This document shows positions 30,344-41,314 of a DNA stretch of 64,000 bases, in pieces. The first letter of the stretch is position 1. Every line of letters begins with the position of its first letter. The translations under genes were made by a program, and so were the position numbers. Origin of the DNA: an uncultured Pseudomonadota bacterium (GTDB lineage: Bacteria; Oederibacteriota; Muellerivitia; Muellerivitales; Muellerivitaceae); contig CAWJKT010000013.1 of assembly GCA_963843375.1 (NCBI GenBank), positions 1 to 64,000 on the forward strand, read 5' to 3'. The notes under the pieces were generated by a model. It made no database searches, was not told where the DNA came from, and saw nothing but the letters and a program-made list of their open reading frames with translations.

Positions 30344-31257
30344 TTACTTCGAAGAAATCCCCTCACTGAGGGAATCTTTTACCTGTGCGACAACAGTCGA
30401 CAATCGGCCATCCACCGAACCCGCCTCTGTTTCAAGAACACAACCGCCGCGTTCAATACGGGCATCAGGCACTATTTCAATTTCGCCCGCACCCACCGAT
30501 AACTGCAATTTTTCCTTTTGGCTTTCAACCTCTTCAACATCTTCGGGATTTAAGTGCAATTTAAGCTGAATCCGATCCTGGGCTTTCTTCAAAACCTCTT
30601 GAACCATTTCAACGGCCACCTGACTATGCTTTTTCGCCTCTTTTTTCAGACACCGATAAAGAGCCTCCCCAACCAACTCAACTAATAAGGGCTGAAATTC
30701 TCCTAAAAGTCTTTTTCTTTCCGAAAGCGTCTCGTTTAACAAACCATTCCATTTCCCAATTACGTCAGAATAAGTTTGTTGTCCTTCCGCCCGACCCTTC
30801 TCAAACCCTTCCGGCTTTCCCTTCTCAAGTCCTTCTTTTTGCCCCTCTTCGATAGCTTTCTCTTTTAGTTGCTGAATTTCCTTTTCAACATCTTCTTTTG
30901 CTTTTGCGATCAAGTCGTTGGCTTCCCAACGCGCCTGTTTCGACTATTTCATAAGCGTTTTTTCGAGCGGCTTGTTCGATCGATTTCGCTTCTTCCTCAG
31001 CTTCAAGCTTCAACTTCTTCGCAATTTCTTCTTCAGTTGGTTCAACGGGCTTTACCGACTCGACCGCTTCCGGGTTTTCCGGCAGCAAAAAAGGCTGAAA
31101 TTCTTCCGGATTCAAAGTTGGCCGGTGTTCCGGTAACCTTCGGGGCCATTTCTTCATTAAATCTTCTTTTTATTTCCTCCTGCCAAACCATATTATCAAC
31201 AAGATAACCTTGTTCTAAATATTGATAGCTTTGGCTCGAAAGAACCTCACGACTCAT
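30344..31257 (-). CDS. fliH: Flagellar assembly protein FliH, frameshifted
   Basis: GxxxG repeats (EGQKEGLEKG..EGFEKG), HLNPED, GGCVLETEAGSVD. Confidence 0.85.
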
Positions 31258-31318
31258 TATTAATTCCACTCCTAAAAAAAATAACTTCATTCGCTCAAAA
31301 CAAAATTTTCGGTCGTTT

Positions 31319-32339
31319 CTAGATCATTACCTCTTCTTCACCACCACGGGCGACAACAATTTCGCCCATTTCCTCAAGCTGCCTGACGACGTTAATGATC
31401 TTTTGTTGAGCTTCTTCAGCATGTTTCAAGCGCACCGGCCCCATAACTTCCATGTCCTCAATAATCATGGCTTTAGCACGACTGGACATGTTCTTTAAGA
31501 GATGTTCCTTTACTTCTTCTTTCGCCCCCTTCAGCGCAAAGCCAGATCCTTGGCATCTACTTCGCGTAATATTTGTTGAATGGTTCTGTTATCCAAAGCA
31601 ACAAGGTCATCAAAGACAAACATGAGCCGTTTGACTTCTTCAGCCAATTCAGGATTGACCTCATCCAATTTTTCCATAATGGCTTTTTCGGTTGAACGAT
31701 CGGCCCGATTGAGAACTTCGGCCAAAGCGCGAACACCACCCGCCGCCGTAAATTCTTGAGTAAAAATCGAAGAAATTCGCCGTTCTAAAACCCGTTCAAT
31801 TTCCATAACAACATCTGGTGCAGCCCTGATCAAGAATAGCAATGCGGGTCGCAACATCCACTTGAATATCCGTTGGCAAAGCGCCCAAAATGGTGGCGGC
31901 ATGATCCGGGGTTAAATGGGCCAAAATAAGCGCAATGGTTTGAGGATGTTCGGATTGAATGAAATTCAACAACTGTTGGGGATCGGTTCTTTTAATGTAA
32001 TCAAAAGGAGTCATTTGCAGAGATCCCTGCAAACGATTGATGATCTCCATGGCCTTATTGGCCCCTAAGGCTTTTTCTAGAATTTCATGGGCATATTCCA
32101 CACCACCCTGGGAGATATACTCCTGGGCCGCGGCAATATTCAGAACCTCCTGCATCACCGAATCTTTTTCGTCAGGAGTGATTTTTCTTAAGTTGGCAAT
32201 CTGAAGAGTTACCTGTTCAACGGTCTCCTCTTTCAGATGTTGATAAATTTTAGCGGCCAAGCTCAGGCCCCAAAGAAATTAGTAGGGCGGCGGCTTTTTG
32301 CTCACCCGTCAGAGCTGCTTTCTTTTTAGTTTCCGCCAT
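31319..32339 (-). CDS. fliG: Flagellar motor switch protein FliG, frameshifted
   Basis: LTGEQKAAALL, GGVEYA, EHPQTIALIL, LMFVFDDL. C-terminal ARGGEEEVMI* ends at 31319. Confidence 0.92.
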
Positions 32340-32344
32340 GAAGA

Positions 32345-33997
32345 CTACTCCTCAGAAAGCCATTTCTTGATGATTTGGGCAATATTTTCAGGATTCTTAT
32401 TTGCCATATCGAACACTTCTTTGCGAACCGCTTCACGTTTCTTAGCATCACGAGCCGACTCAGCACGTGCCAAATCTTCAGCCGTAACATCCGTTGTAAT
32501 AATGTCTTCAACTTGCGGCACCATCACAGGCTCTTCGGGCATGTCATCCAATGTTTCAACATATTGCTTTTCTTTTTTAGGCTTCAAAAGGGATCTCAAG
32601 AAGAGCAACACTCCAAAAGCCATCAAAACCAACAAACCGATCTTTCCCAGCGTCATAATAAAATTCTGCTGTTCTTCCATCTGAGTCTCCTTCAAGCTCG
32701 CCAAAGCTTGGGTGTTATCAAATGGCATGTTCTCAACTTCCACTTGATCGCCCCGATTTAAATCCAACCCCGCCGCCGCAATGACCGCCGTTTTAATTGC
32801 GTCAACTTGTTGAGGTTGAAGGTTATCCACAAAAACTCCCACTGAAATTCTTTTCGGAGATCCCGGAGCCACGACATTGTGCTTGACCGTCCGATTGACT
32901 TCATAATTGGTAATATTTTGTTCTTTAGAATATTGGGAATTGGATCCTTGAACGGCTTGATATCCAGGAATATTCGAATCTGTCCCCGGAACCCCTCCAA
33001 CGATACTCGACGGAAACCCGCCATCACCCACATATTGTTCTTTTTGGGCGTCTACGGAACGAGCAATCCCCTGGCCATCCACGACTGGCTCAAAAATTTC
33101 CGAGTCATTTTCGGTTTTATCAAAATTCAACTCAGCGGAAACAGAAACGGCAAACCGGCTATTGCCGCCAAAAACCTTGGTCAACATTGATGTTACTTTT
33201 CGTTCCAAATCTTTTTCAAAACTTTGCTGAACTTCCATTTCATGAAGAGTCAGTTTCGCTTGTTGGGTAAGAGTGCTTGCCATCCGGGTTATCAGGATTG
33301 TTTTCTTGTTGCTCTTCCTGGATAAAAGCCGAAAGAATATTTCCCTTGCTATCAATGACATTCACATTTTCCGGATTCAATCCTTCAACACTAGCGGAAA
33401 CCAAGTGAACAATACCTCGAACTTGTTCTTTTTTAACTTGTTCATCAGGCTTGAGTTCCAAAACTACCGAGGCGGTTGTAGGTTTTTCTTTTTCCGTAAA
33501 AAGTTCCGGCTCGGGCATAACAATACTAACCCGGGCGCTTTCAATTTGTTGCAGACTGCCAATGGTTCTTTGAAGTTCGCCTTCTAAGGCCCTTTTATAA
33601 TTCACTTTTTGGGTGAAATCAGTTGACCCCCATTTCGGTTGATCAAAAATCTCATAGCCAACGCCCGTTCCCCGGGGAAGTCCCTGGCCCGCAAGTGCAA
33701 GCCGCGTGTCATAAACCTTATCCGAGGGCACCAAAACCATCACAAAATTGTCTTTGCTGGCCAAACTGATAGGGAATATTTTCTTTTTTCAACTCGGTTG
33801 TTACTTCCGCAGCATCTTTTTGTTCCAGATGTGAATAAAGAACTTCAAAGCGGGACTGGGAAGAAACAAAAATGAAAACCACGAGGCCAATAAAAAGAGC
33901 CAAGAGGAATAGCAACAAGGAGTATCTTCTGAGTTCTATTAAACCGACCCCAAATTTCTTTAAATTGCTGTATCAATTGTTGGAGAAAATTGTTCAA
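32345..33997 (-). CDS. fliF: Flagellar MS-ring protein FliF, frameshifted
   Basis: GYEIFDQPKWGSTDF, RALEGELQRTI, ARVSIVMP, GGVPGTDSN, NYEVNR, PENIAQIIKKWL. Confidence 0.92.
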
Positions 33998-34054
33998 TCT
34001 TTCCTCGCCATTATTAAGATCAAAATCAAGTCTCAATCTAACTGCCCAAGTTGT

Positions 34055-34381
34055 TTAAATCTGCATTTGGCTGACAGTTTGATAAGCTTCCAATATTTTA
34101 TTGCGTATTTGAATTCCATACTGCAATGTCATACTGGCTTTTTCCATTGCGATAATGACATCATGCAAATTTTCTTCCCCACCAGTCGCAAGACTTTTAA
34201 TAGCATCACTTCCGCCCACTTGGCTCGCATTAAGATCGGTCAAAGCCTTTTTCAGTAAATCTTTGAAATTCGAAGGCGAAACTTCCGCCGTATTTTGCGC
34301 CGCATCGACGGAAAGATTCGGAATCGGAGCAATCATACCTTGGGTCAAGGATATCGGCATTTGGATGGGTTGAATTTCCAT
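34055..34381 (-). CDS. fliE: Flagellar hook-basal body protein FliE
   Basis: LHDVIIAMEKA..IRNKILEAYQTVSQMQI. Confidence 0.93.
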   Translation of the reverse strand: MEIQPIQMPISLTQGMIAPIPNLSVDAAQNTAEVSPSNFKDLLKKALTDLNASQVGGSDAIKSLATGGEENLHDVIIAMEKASMTLQYGIQIRNKILEAYQTVSQMQI

Positions 34382-34420
34382 CGACTAAACCTTTAATCGA
34401 TTTCAGAAATCTTTTAAATC

Positions 34421-34876
34421 TTATTTACCAATGGTCAAAGCTTGTAACGCCATTGACTTCGTTGCGTTAAAAGCCGTTATATTTGCCTCATAAGCACGGG
34501 TCGCAGAAATCATATCAACCATTTCATTCACAACATTTACATTCGGATAAGCCACATATCCCTCGGCATTGGCATCGGGATGGCCAGGGTCATAAACCAT
34601 ATGAGGCGGAGTAGGGTCATTTTGAATCGACGTCACTCTCACCCCAACCGGCAAACCCTCCGGCGTCATAGTAGCTAATAGGGGAGCAAACGTAGGCGCC
34701 GGATCAAAACGAGGAGAAAAAACAACCCGTTGACGGATATAAGGCCCTCCCTCCAGCGTCCGAGTTGTATTTGCATTGGCTATATTATTTGAAATAACAT
34801 CCATTCGTAAACGTTCAGCCGTTAAAGCGGAAGCCGAAATAGCAAAAGGCGCAAAAACTCCCGAAAGAGCTCCCAT
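34421..34876 (-). CDS. flgC: Flagellar basal-body rod protein FlgC
   Basis: RMDVISNNIANANTT, YDPGHPDA, PNVNVVNEMVDMISATRAYEAN. Confidence 0.95.
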   Translation of the reverse strand: MGALSGVFAPFAISASALTAERLRMDVISNNIANANTTRTLEGGPYIRQRVVFSPRFDPAPTFAPLLATMTPEGLPVGVRVTSIQNDPTPPHMVYDPGHPDANAEGYVAYPNVNVVNEMVDMISATRAYEANITAFNATKSMALQALTIGK

Positions 34877-34879
34877 AAA

Positions 34880-35304
34880 TTATGCTCTCCCTTCCGTAAT
34901 GGCATGTTTGAGGTCGGCGATATAGCGGCCGGTCACATCAGCCAAGCTGTTGTACAGAAGATTATTTTCAGCAAGAAGACCGGATTCCATTTCCAAATCC
35001 ACATTATTGCCGTCATTTCTTCCAATTGTTTCCGTAATGGTTCTGAATATCAGGTTTAAAATCATTCAAAGAAATGGTTTGGGGAATTGGAAAATGTTTT
35101 GGATTCGTTCGCCACAAAGCAGAAGGCTGATTGATCGCCAAGGCGTTTTTTAGCTTATCTTGAAATGAAACAACCGAACGCTTGAATTGAGGGGTATCGA
35201 TGTTGGCTAAATTATTTGCAATGGCCTCATGTTGAACCGCCAATGAATCAAGGCTTTTTTGCAAAACCATCATAGGATCAACTGGCGACGACAGGATTAA
35301 TCAC
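34880..35304 (-). CDS. flgB: Flagellar basal-body rod protein FlgB, frameshifted
   Basis: IANNLANIDTPQFK, RNDGNNVDLEME. GTG at 35304 after GGAGG. Confidence 0.9.
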
Positions 35305-35427
35305 GCTGGCTCCTCCGGACAAAGTCCAATCCAAGCGAATAAAAAACTCAACCGTTTTTCACAAATGAAACTTGGATGCGGCTAGAAGAAACAAGGGCGC
35401 GAATTTCCGTCAGTGGCGAAAAATTAG

Positions 35428-35459
35428 TGTCATTATGACAAAGCTTTTATCACTGTCAA
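35428..35459 (-). promoter_or_regulatory. Putative sigma70-type promoter of the flagellar operon (TTGACA-N16-CATAAT) overlapped by inverted repeat TGTCA-N3-TGACA
   Basis: Read directly: -35 at 35459-35454, -10 at 35437-35432, palindrome at 35428-35440. Confidence 0.5.
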
Positions 35460-35541
35460 GAAATAACAACCTAGAAACCCTTTATTTTCCAAGCCTTTCA
35501 GCTTCGCCTTCCTGTTCAAAACCTGACAACAATTTTTCAGG

Positions 35542-35811
35542 CTAAAAAATTAATGCCGATGACCAACGCTCAATAATTTGGATTTTCACATTTTTTTCAC
35601 GAGCAAGCAATGCCTTTATACCCCGTAGATTTATGCCTTGATCGGAAAACCCAGCAATCTTTTTGCAAAGGAGAATATCTTTTTCGTTATAAATTCGCGT
35701 CCGATTACGCCCAATGCGGGATATCTTCAATAATCCAAGACGTTCCCAATTGCGGAGGGTTTGCTCATGAACCCCAATCTTTGTCGCAATTTCTTTGATG
35801 GTCAGTATCAT
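35542..35811 (-). CDS. Small MerR-family HTH transcriptional regulator
   Basis: LTIKEIATKIGVHEQTLRNWERLGLL..RTRIYNEKDI..GINLRGIK. Confidence 0.85.
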   Translation of the reverse strand: MILTIKEIATKIGVHEQTLRNWERLGLLKISRIGRNRTRIYNEKDILLCKKIAGFSDQGINLRGIKALLAREKNVKIQIIERWSSALIF

Positions 35812-36021
35812 TCCACACCCTTTTGAGGAGGTTGACAATACCCCACTAAACTTAATGATAACGTTATTGTAAGAAGGGGAAATGCTTAAGAAAGAGAGAA
35901 GCTTGGTAGGTCATGCTTACCGAAACTTTTTTCTTAAATTCCACTAATTTTAGTAGGGTTTAATTAAACCACACAACATATGGGGGGGTGGTTCTATTTC
36001 ATTATAAATTAAGGTGAAAAG

Positions 36022-38174
36022 CTATTTTAGAGCTTTAAATCTTCGAACACAATTTCGACCGGAATTTTTGGCCTCATAAAGCGCCTGGTCAGCCGATTGA
36101 ATTAAACCCTTTTGATCTCGGGCATCGAAAGGATAAGAAGCAATGCCAACAGATACCGTTACTCGGTAAAGGCTTTTGCCATTATTTTCAAATAAGTAAC
36201 TTTCAACGTTTTTTCGGATTCTTTCCGCCAAATCCTTCCCGACATTACCATCTGCTTCGGGAAGAATTACCGTAAATTCTTCTCCACCATAACGAGCGAC
36301 GGTATCAATTTTGTCCCGAACGGTTCCCTGGATAACATCCGAAACTATCCGAAGAACTTTATCGCCTTCCTGATGCCCATAACTATCATTAAATTTTTTA
36401 AAGTGGTCCACATCCAAAAGAGCCAAACTTAAATCTTTATTAAAACGTTCGGCCTTTTTTATTTCATTCGGCTAGTTGTTCTTGAAAATAACGATGGTTA
36501 TAAGCTCCCGTCAAACCGTCTCTTATAGCCATATCGTGTATTTGTTTGACCATCAAGGCATTTTCAAGAACAATTGCCGTCTGGTTGGCTAAAGTGGATA
36601 ACACATCCTGATCATATTCCTGATAGGTATCGGGTTTAGTACTGTTTAAACGGATAACCCCCAAAATATCCTCCCCGACCAAGAGCGGAATCATGAGAAA
36701 GGATTGGGTTGACCCCAACATACCTTCTTTCCTAGAAAAAGAATTAAGACTCTTGTCTTTTTGTCCACGGGTATAGCGGATAGGTTTTTTATTTTCTAAA
36801 ACCCATGAAGCCAATTCATCTTCCAGATATTCAGGTTTTTCCGTTCCCCGGGAATGACCACGCCATGCCAGAACCCGAAATCTCTTTTTATCTCCTCTTC
36901 TACGAGGGCAAGATAAGATGAATCGCAATGGCATAAATCCGCGGCCGTTTTCAAAGCGGTTTCCATTACCGAATTGGCATCCAAAACCGAAGTAAAAGAT
37001 TTAGAGACTTCGTACAAAGCGTGAAGATTTCTCGTTTTGGTCCTGGAAAAATGCATGATTCTTGCGTTTTCAATGGTGTCCGCCAGCATTGATCCAAATA
37101 TGTTCGGCCAAGACCAATTCCCTTTCATTAAAAAAGCCCGTTTTCAAATGATCCAAAATCAAAACTCCTATCAGTTCCGAATCCTCATGGACACTCGTTT
37201 CCGAATGTTTACTGTTCAGGTAAACCGGTTGAGCTAAAAAAGAGCCTATCGAATCCGGTTTAAGGTAGTAAGGAAGTGCTCTGAGCGCTTTCCAAAGCAA
37301 TATCATTCAAAAGAACCCGTCTTCCTTCCTTGGCGGAAAGTCCCACCAGTGTTTCCCCGAGTTGAAGAGTCACATCCGTAGCGATTGATTCCGAAACGCT
37401 TGAAAAAGCTCTAAGTCGCAACACTTTCTTGTTTTGGATATTGGTCAAAAGAAAAAAAACAGCGGAATGAAGAGAAAGGGATTTTTGAAAAAGAGATAAT
37501 TGACGCGATAAGTTTTCTTCCAATTCCATTACGGTTCCAACCCGGGCCGAAAGACGATTTTCTTCCATTAACAGCTTATCTTTGGGGACATTAAAGGAGG
37601 ATGGTTCCGCTTCCGAAGCCAATTGGATGGCATCATTTTTGAGAGCTTCCAAGCGATGGTTTAATTGCTCTTTTTCTTTGCGGGTCTTGACCACCCGAGT
37701 TAGGAAAAAGGCGGAAACTAAATAAGCCGCCCAACGAAGATAAAGAGAAAGCCCTTGAGGGGCGTCTTCTTTCCGGAGATAAAAAGCCTCCAAAAAGATG
37801 AAAACCAAGGCCACCCAATAACCAAAGAGAGCCTCCCCTTCCCAAGCGGCAATTCCCATCAAAAGGAAAACACCGAAAAGAAGCGGAGATTGCTCGCCCC
37901 CCGTGCTTTGGGCCAGCAAATTAAAACCAATAACGGTTCCCAAAAGGAACAAGGCGCGATTTGATTTGGAGAAGGCCTGAATGCGGATTAAGAGGAATAA
38001 CCAGAAAAACGTTGCGATCCAGGAAAGGACAAGCCACGCGGAGGAAACATCAACCAGCTGACGGATGCAAACACCACTGGCGGCTAAAAAAAAGGCAACC
38101 GCTAAGCCGACATAGGCAAACCACTTTCCCATGTTTCTGCTAGAACTAGTAGAAGAGTGGTTCGCCAACGCCAA
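36022..38174 (-). CDS. Membrane-anchored GAF-GAF-GGDEF diguanylate cyclase, frameshifted (alternative start ATG 38132)
   Basis: N-terminal TM helices, two GAF-like segments, DGLTGAYNHRYF, DVDHFKKFNDSYGH, RYGGEEF, ADQALYEAK. Confidence 0.85.
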
Positions 38175-38180
38175 TTTAAA

Positions 38181-38285
38181 TTAAAGCCTGCCTTGCCGAC
38201 GCAGCAAGGCCCGCATCTTCTTGCGGTGTTTTTTGCGTTTATGGGTTTTAATTTTTTGACGATGGCGTTTTTTACCACAAGGCAT
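38181..38285 (-). CDS. 34-aa basic protein MPCGKKRHRQKIKTHKRKKHRKKMRALLRRQGRL; bS22/AURKAIP1-COX24 (DUF1713)-like ribosomal protein
   Basis: Hand-translated ATG 38285 to TAA 38181; MPxGKK..THKRKK pattern. Too short for the ORF track. Confidence 0.8.
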   Translation of the reverse strand: MPCGKKRHRQKIKTHKRKKHRKKMRALLRRQGRL

Positions 38286-38375
38286 TCCAGAACCCTCCAT
38301 TAATAATATAATTCAAAAACAACGGGGTTGCTTTCGGCCCACAGTTTAACAGGAAACAAACATCCTGCAACAGCA

Positions 38376-38794
38376 TTACTGAATTCTCATGCATTTTGCC
38401 GTGGCTTCCGCCACGACCGTCCCATCTTCCAACTTGGCTTCCGCTGCCGTGAAATGAATATTCCTTTTGGTTTCCACATGCCAAGCCGACAAAAACACTT
38501 TTTGATTTACCGGACAAGGGGCTTTTAAACGCACCTGATACTCGGCCGTGACGGCTTTTTCGCCTCTCAGCCAATAAAGGTTGACCATCATCTCGTCCAA
38601 AAGGGTTCCGAGAACACCTCCGTGAACCACATCGGCGAAACCCTGATACTCCTTTGAAACAACCGCTTCCGACAAAAGTCTTTTCCTTCTCATAAGCGAA
38701 ACTTCATTTTAAATCCCAAGGGATTTTTTTCCCCACAACAAAGGCAATAATGGTCATCTGTAAAGATATTGTCCACTATGTTTCTATCATCCAT
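38376..38794 (-). CDS. PaaI-family hotdog thioesterase, frameshifted near 38690
   Basis: CLCCGEKNPLG, YQGFADVVHGGVLGTLLDE, VTAE. Confidence 0.85.
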
Positions 38795-38813
38795 GATGGA
38801 TTTGACTTTTCTC

Positions 38814-39854
38814 TTAGAGGCAGCCTTGAGAGATCGATTATAAGGGATTCGGCAAACGCCCGTCTCAAGGACAATGGCGGTAATAAGATTTCCCCGGCGT
38901 CACATCGAAGGCGGGGTTATAAACAGGATAGCTTTCTTTCGCGATAGGAACCCCTTGTGGATGGGTTACCTCCCTGGAGTTTCTTTGCTCGATAATGATT
39001 TCCTTGCCGTTTTTTTAGTTAGATCCAGGGTCGTAGTCGGAGCGGAAACATAAAATGGTATTCCATGGGCCTTCGCAAGAACCGCAAGGGCATAGGTACC
39101 AATCTTATTGGCGGTATCGCCGTTGGCCACAATGCGATCCGCCCCAACAATAACAGCATCCACCTTCCCATCCTTCATCAGGGAGGCCGACATGTTATCG
39201 GTAATGAGGTGAAAATCGATTCCGGCATGGTCCACCTCATAAGCCGTCAAGCGGGCCCCTTGCAGATAAGGCCTGGTTTCATCCACCCACACATGAAGTT
39301 TTCGGTTCTTTCGGGCCGCCGTGGTGATTGCCGCCAGAGCCGTCCCATCTCCTCCGGTCGCCAAAGCCCCGGTATTGCAATGGGTCAAAACATTTTTGCA
39401 CCCAGACAATAAACCCGCTCCATACTTCCCCAAGTCTGGTGCATAGGGCTTCGTCTTCCCGATGAATGGCGACCGCTTCTTTTTCCAATTCTTTTTTTTG
39501 GAGCACCACTGGAGAATCTTTCAGTCTTTCTAATTTCTTTTGCATCCGATCCAAAGCCCAAAAAAGATTTACGGCGGTTGGCCTTGTTTTACGAAGTCGG
39601 GAAATGGCCTTTACTATTTCTTCTTTAAACAAGATCGAAGAAGAAGTTCTGGATCGAACCCCTGCCACCGCAACCCCATATGCTGCCGTTATGCCGATGG
39701 CGGGGGCCCCACGAACGGTCATATCCTCGATAGCGCTGGCGACCTGTTCCACCGTCTGGCACTTCACCCACTTTTCCTCGAATGGAAGAAGTCTTTGCTC
39801 CAAAAGGTAAAGTGAGCCGTTCACCCAACGAATAGGTCTCAAATTTGTCGGCAT
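38814..39854 (-). CDS. mtnA: S-methyl-5-thioribose-1-phosphate isomerase, frameshifted; 3' end approximate
   Basis: [58 protein letters not shown]. Confidence 0.92.
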
Positions 39855-39855
39855 A

Positions 39856-40683
39856 TTATTTAGATTCCAAGGAAGCGATAACTTCCTTCATAAGAACTGT
39901 CAATTTCGGCTCAGCTTCTTGGGCGTGTTTGATGATTTTCTGGATATCGGCCGGTTCCAACGTATCCGCCACACATTTATCCGTCACAACCGATATTCCC
40001 AATACTTTCAAGCCGCTATGCACAGCCACTATAACTTCCGGAACCGTGGACATGCCCACCACATCGGCAAAAGTCGAGAGCCATCGATATTCGGCCCGGG
40101 TTTCCAAATTAGGCCCCGTCACGGCTGCATAAACCCCTTTTCGAACCTGGATATGTTTTTCCCAGGCGACCTTCTCTGCTATTTTGATCAACTCTTTTGA
40201 ATAGGGCTCGATCATATCTGGCCATCGGACGCCTAACCGATCATCATTTTTCCCAATCAAGGGATTGTCCCCCATCAGGTTCACATGGTCATCGATAATC
40301 ATCAAATCACCTGGATTATAAGTACGGTTCATTCCACCGCATGCGTTCGATACCAGCAAATATTTGATCCCTAAAGCCTTCATCACCCTCACTGGAAAAG
40401 TCACTTGTTGAAGGGTATAGCCCTCATAGCGATGGAATCGTCCCTTCATTGCCACCACAGAGGTATTCCCGAGCTTTCCAAATACAAGCTGCCCGGCATG
40501 GGATTCCACCGTCGATAAGGGGAAATGAGGGATTTTTTCATAAGGTATAACGGTAGGCTCTTTAATTTCGTGGGCTAAAGCACCTAATCCCGTCCCAAGA
40601 ATGATTCCCACTTTGGGGTCCATTGGGGTTACTTTTCGAATTTCTTTGACCGACTCCTGAATTTGTTCGAACAATTCTGTCAT
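39856..40683 (-). CDS. punA: Purine-nucleoside phosphorylase (trimeric PunA/XapA type)
   Basis: [41 protein letters not shown]. Confidence 0.9.
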   Translation of the reverse strand: MTELFEQIQESVKEIRKVTPMDPKVGIILGTGLGALAHEIKEPTVIPYEKIPHFPLSTVESHAGQLVFGKLGNTSVVAMKGRFHRYEGYTLQQVTFPVRVMKALGIKYLLVSNACGGMNRTYNPGDLMIIDDHVNLMGDNPLIGKNDDRLGVRWPDMIEPYSKELIKIAEKVAWEKHIQVRKGVYAAVTGPNLETRAEYRWLSTFADVVGMSTVPEVIVAVHSGLKVLGISVVTDKCVADTLEPADIQKIIKHAQEAEPKLTVLMKEVIASLESK

Positions 40684-40695
40684 GGACGCCTCTTT

Positions 40696-40995
40696 TTATT
40701 GGTTTAAAGCAGCAAGTATTTCGGTTTTTTTCAGCCCTGTAATTAGAACAATCTTGTGCCGGGATTGTTGTCCCGAAAGTAAACTCACTGATTTTTTTGA
40801 CTTTTTGAATATTTTCGCCAAAAATTCCACAAGCGCTTCATTCGCGGCACCCTCAACCGGTGGAGCTATTAATTTTATTTTTAACACTCCCTGTTCCTCA
40901 CCCACTATTTGATTCTTGGAAGACCGGGGAATCACTTTAAGAGAAAGGGCACAACACAAATTTGATTCACGGATAAATGATCCTGAAATGTCCAA
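40696..40995 (-). CDS. yggU: DUF167 / YggU family protein
   Basis: KVIPRSS, APPVEGAANEALVEFL, GQQSRHK. Confidence 0.88.
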   Translation of the reverse strand: MDISGSFIRESNLCCALSLKVIPRSSKNQIVGEEQGVLKIKLIAPPVEGAANEALVEFLAKIFKKSKKSVSLLSGQQSRHKIVLITGLKKTEILAALNQ

Positions 40996-41000
40996 GACTT

Positions 41001-41300
41001 TTAACCGCGCATCGAAAAGCTAAAGAGAACCAACCACGGGACACCATATAAACTGATAATTAAAAATAAAACAGCCAAAAGAAGTCCTCTAGAGTTAAAG
41101 AAATCAACTTTAATTTCAAAATACCGATCACTCCATTGTAAGAATGGAAATGAGATCCGGAACAAGGTTCGTCGAATCGGATTCAATCCAGCGCCAGGAA
41201 ATAAATGAACCAACCACTCTAAAACTAGAATAAAAGCTTCGAGATTACATACAATCGCTAAAAGATAAGCCAAATCCGCGATTAAGTACGCCATTTCCAT
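41001..41300 (-). CDS. yggT: YggT-like membrane protein
   Basis: Hydrophobic, NPIRRTLFRISFPFL. Sits in the usual proC-yggT-yggU context. Confidence 0.6.
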   Translation of the reverse strand: MEMAYLIADLAYLLAIVCNLEAFILVLEWLVHLFPGAGLNPIRRTLFRISFPFLQWSDRYFEIKVDFFNSRGLLLAVLFLIISLYGVPWLVLFSFSMRG

Positions 41301-41314
41301 CCCATCCTCGCACT

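Noticed and set aside
35305..35430. c-di-GMP riboswitch in the flgB leader
   Set aside because: I could not find the conserved GEMM features by eye; an Rfam covariance search would be needed
38690..38890. Apparent in-frame read-through from the MtnA C-terminus into the PaaI thioesterase
   Set aside because: One missing base would restore a TAA at 38814-38816, and both genes have other indels nearby; unsupported without polished reads
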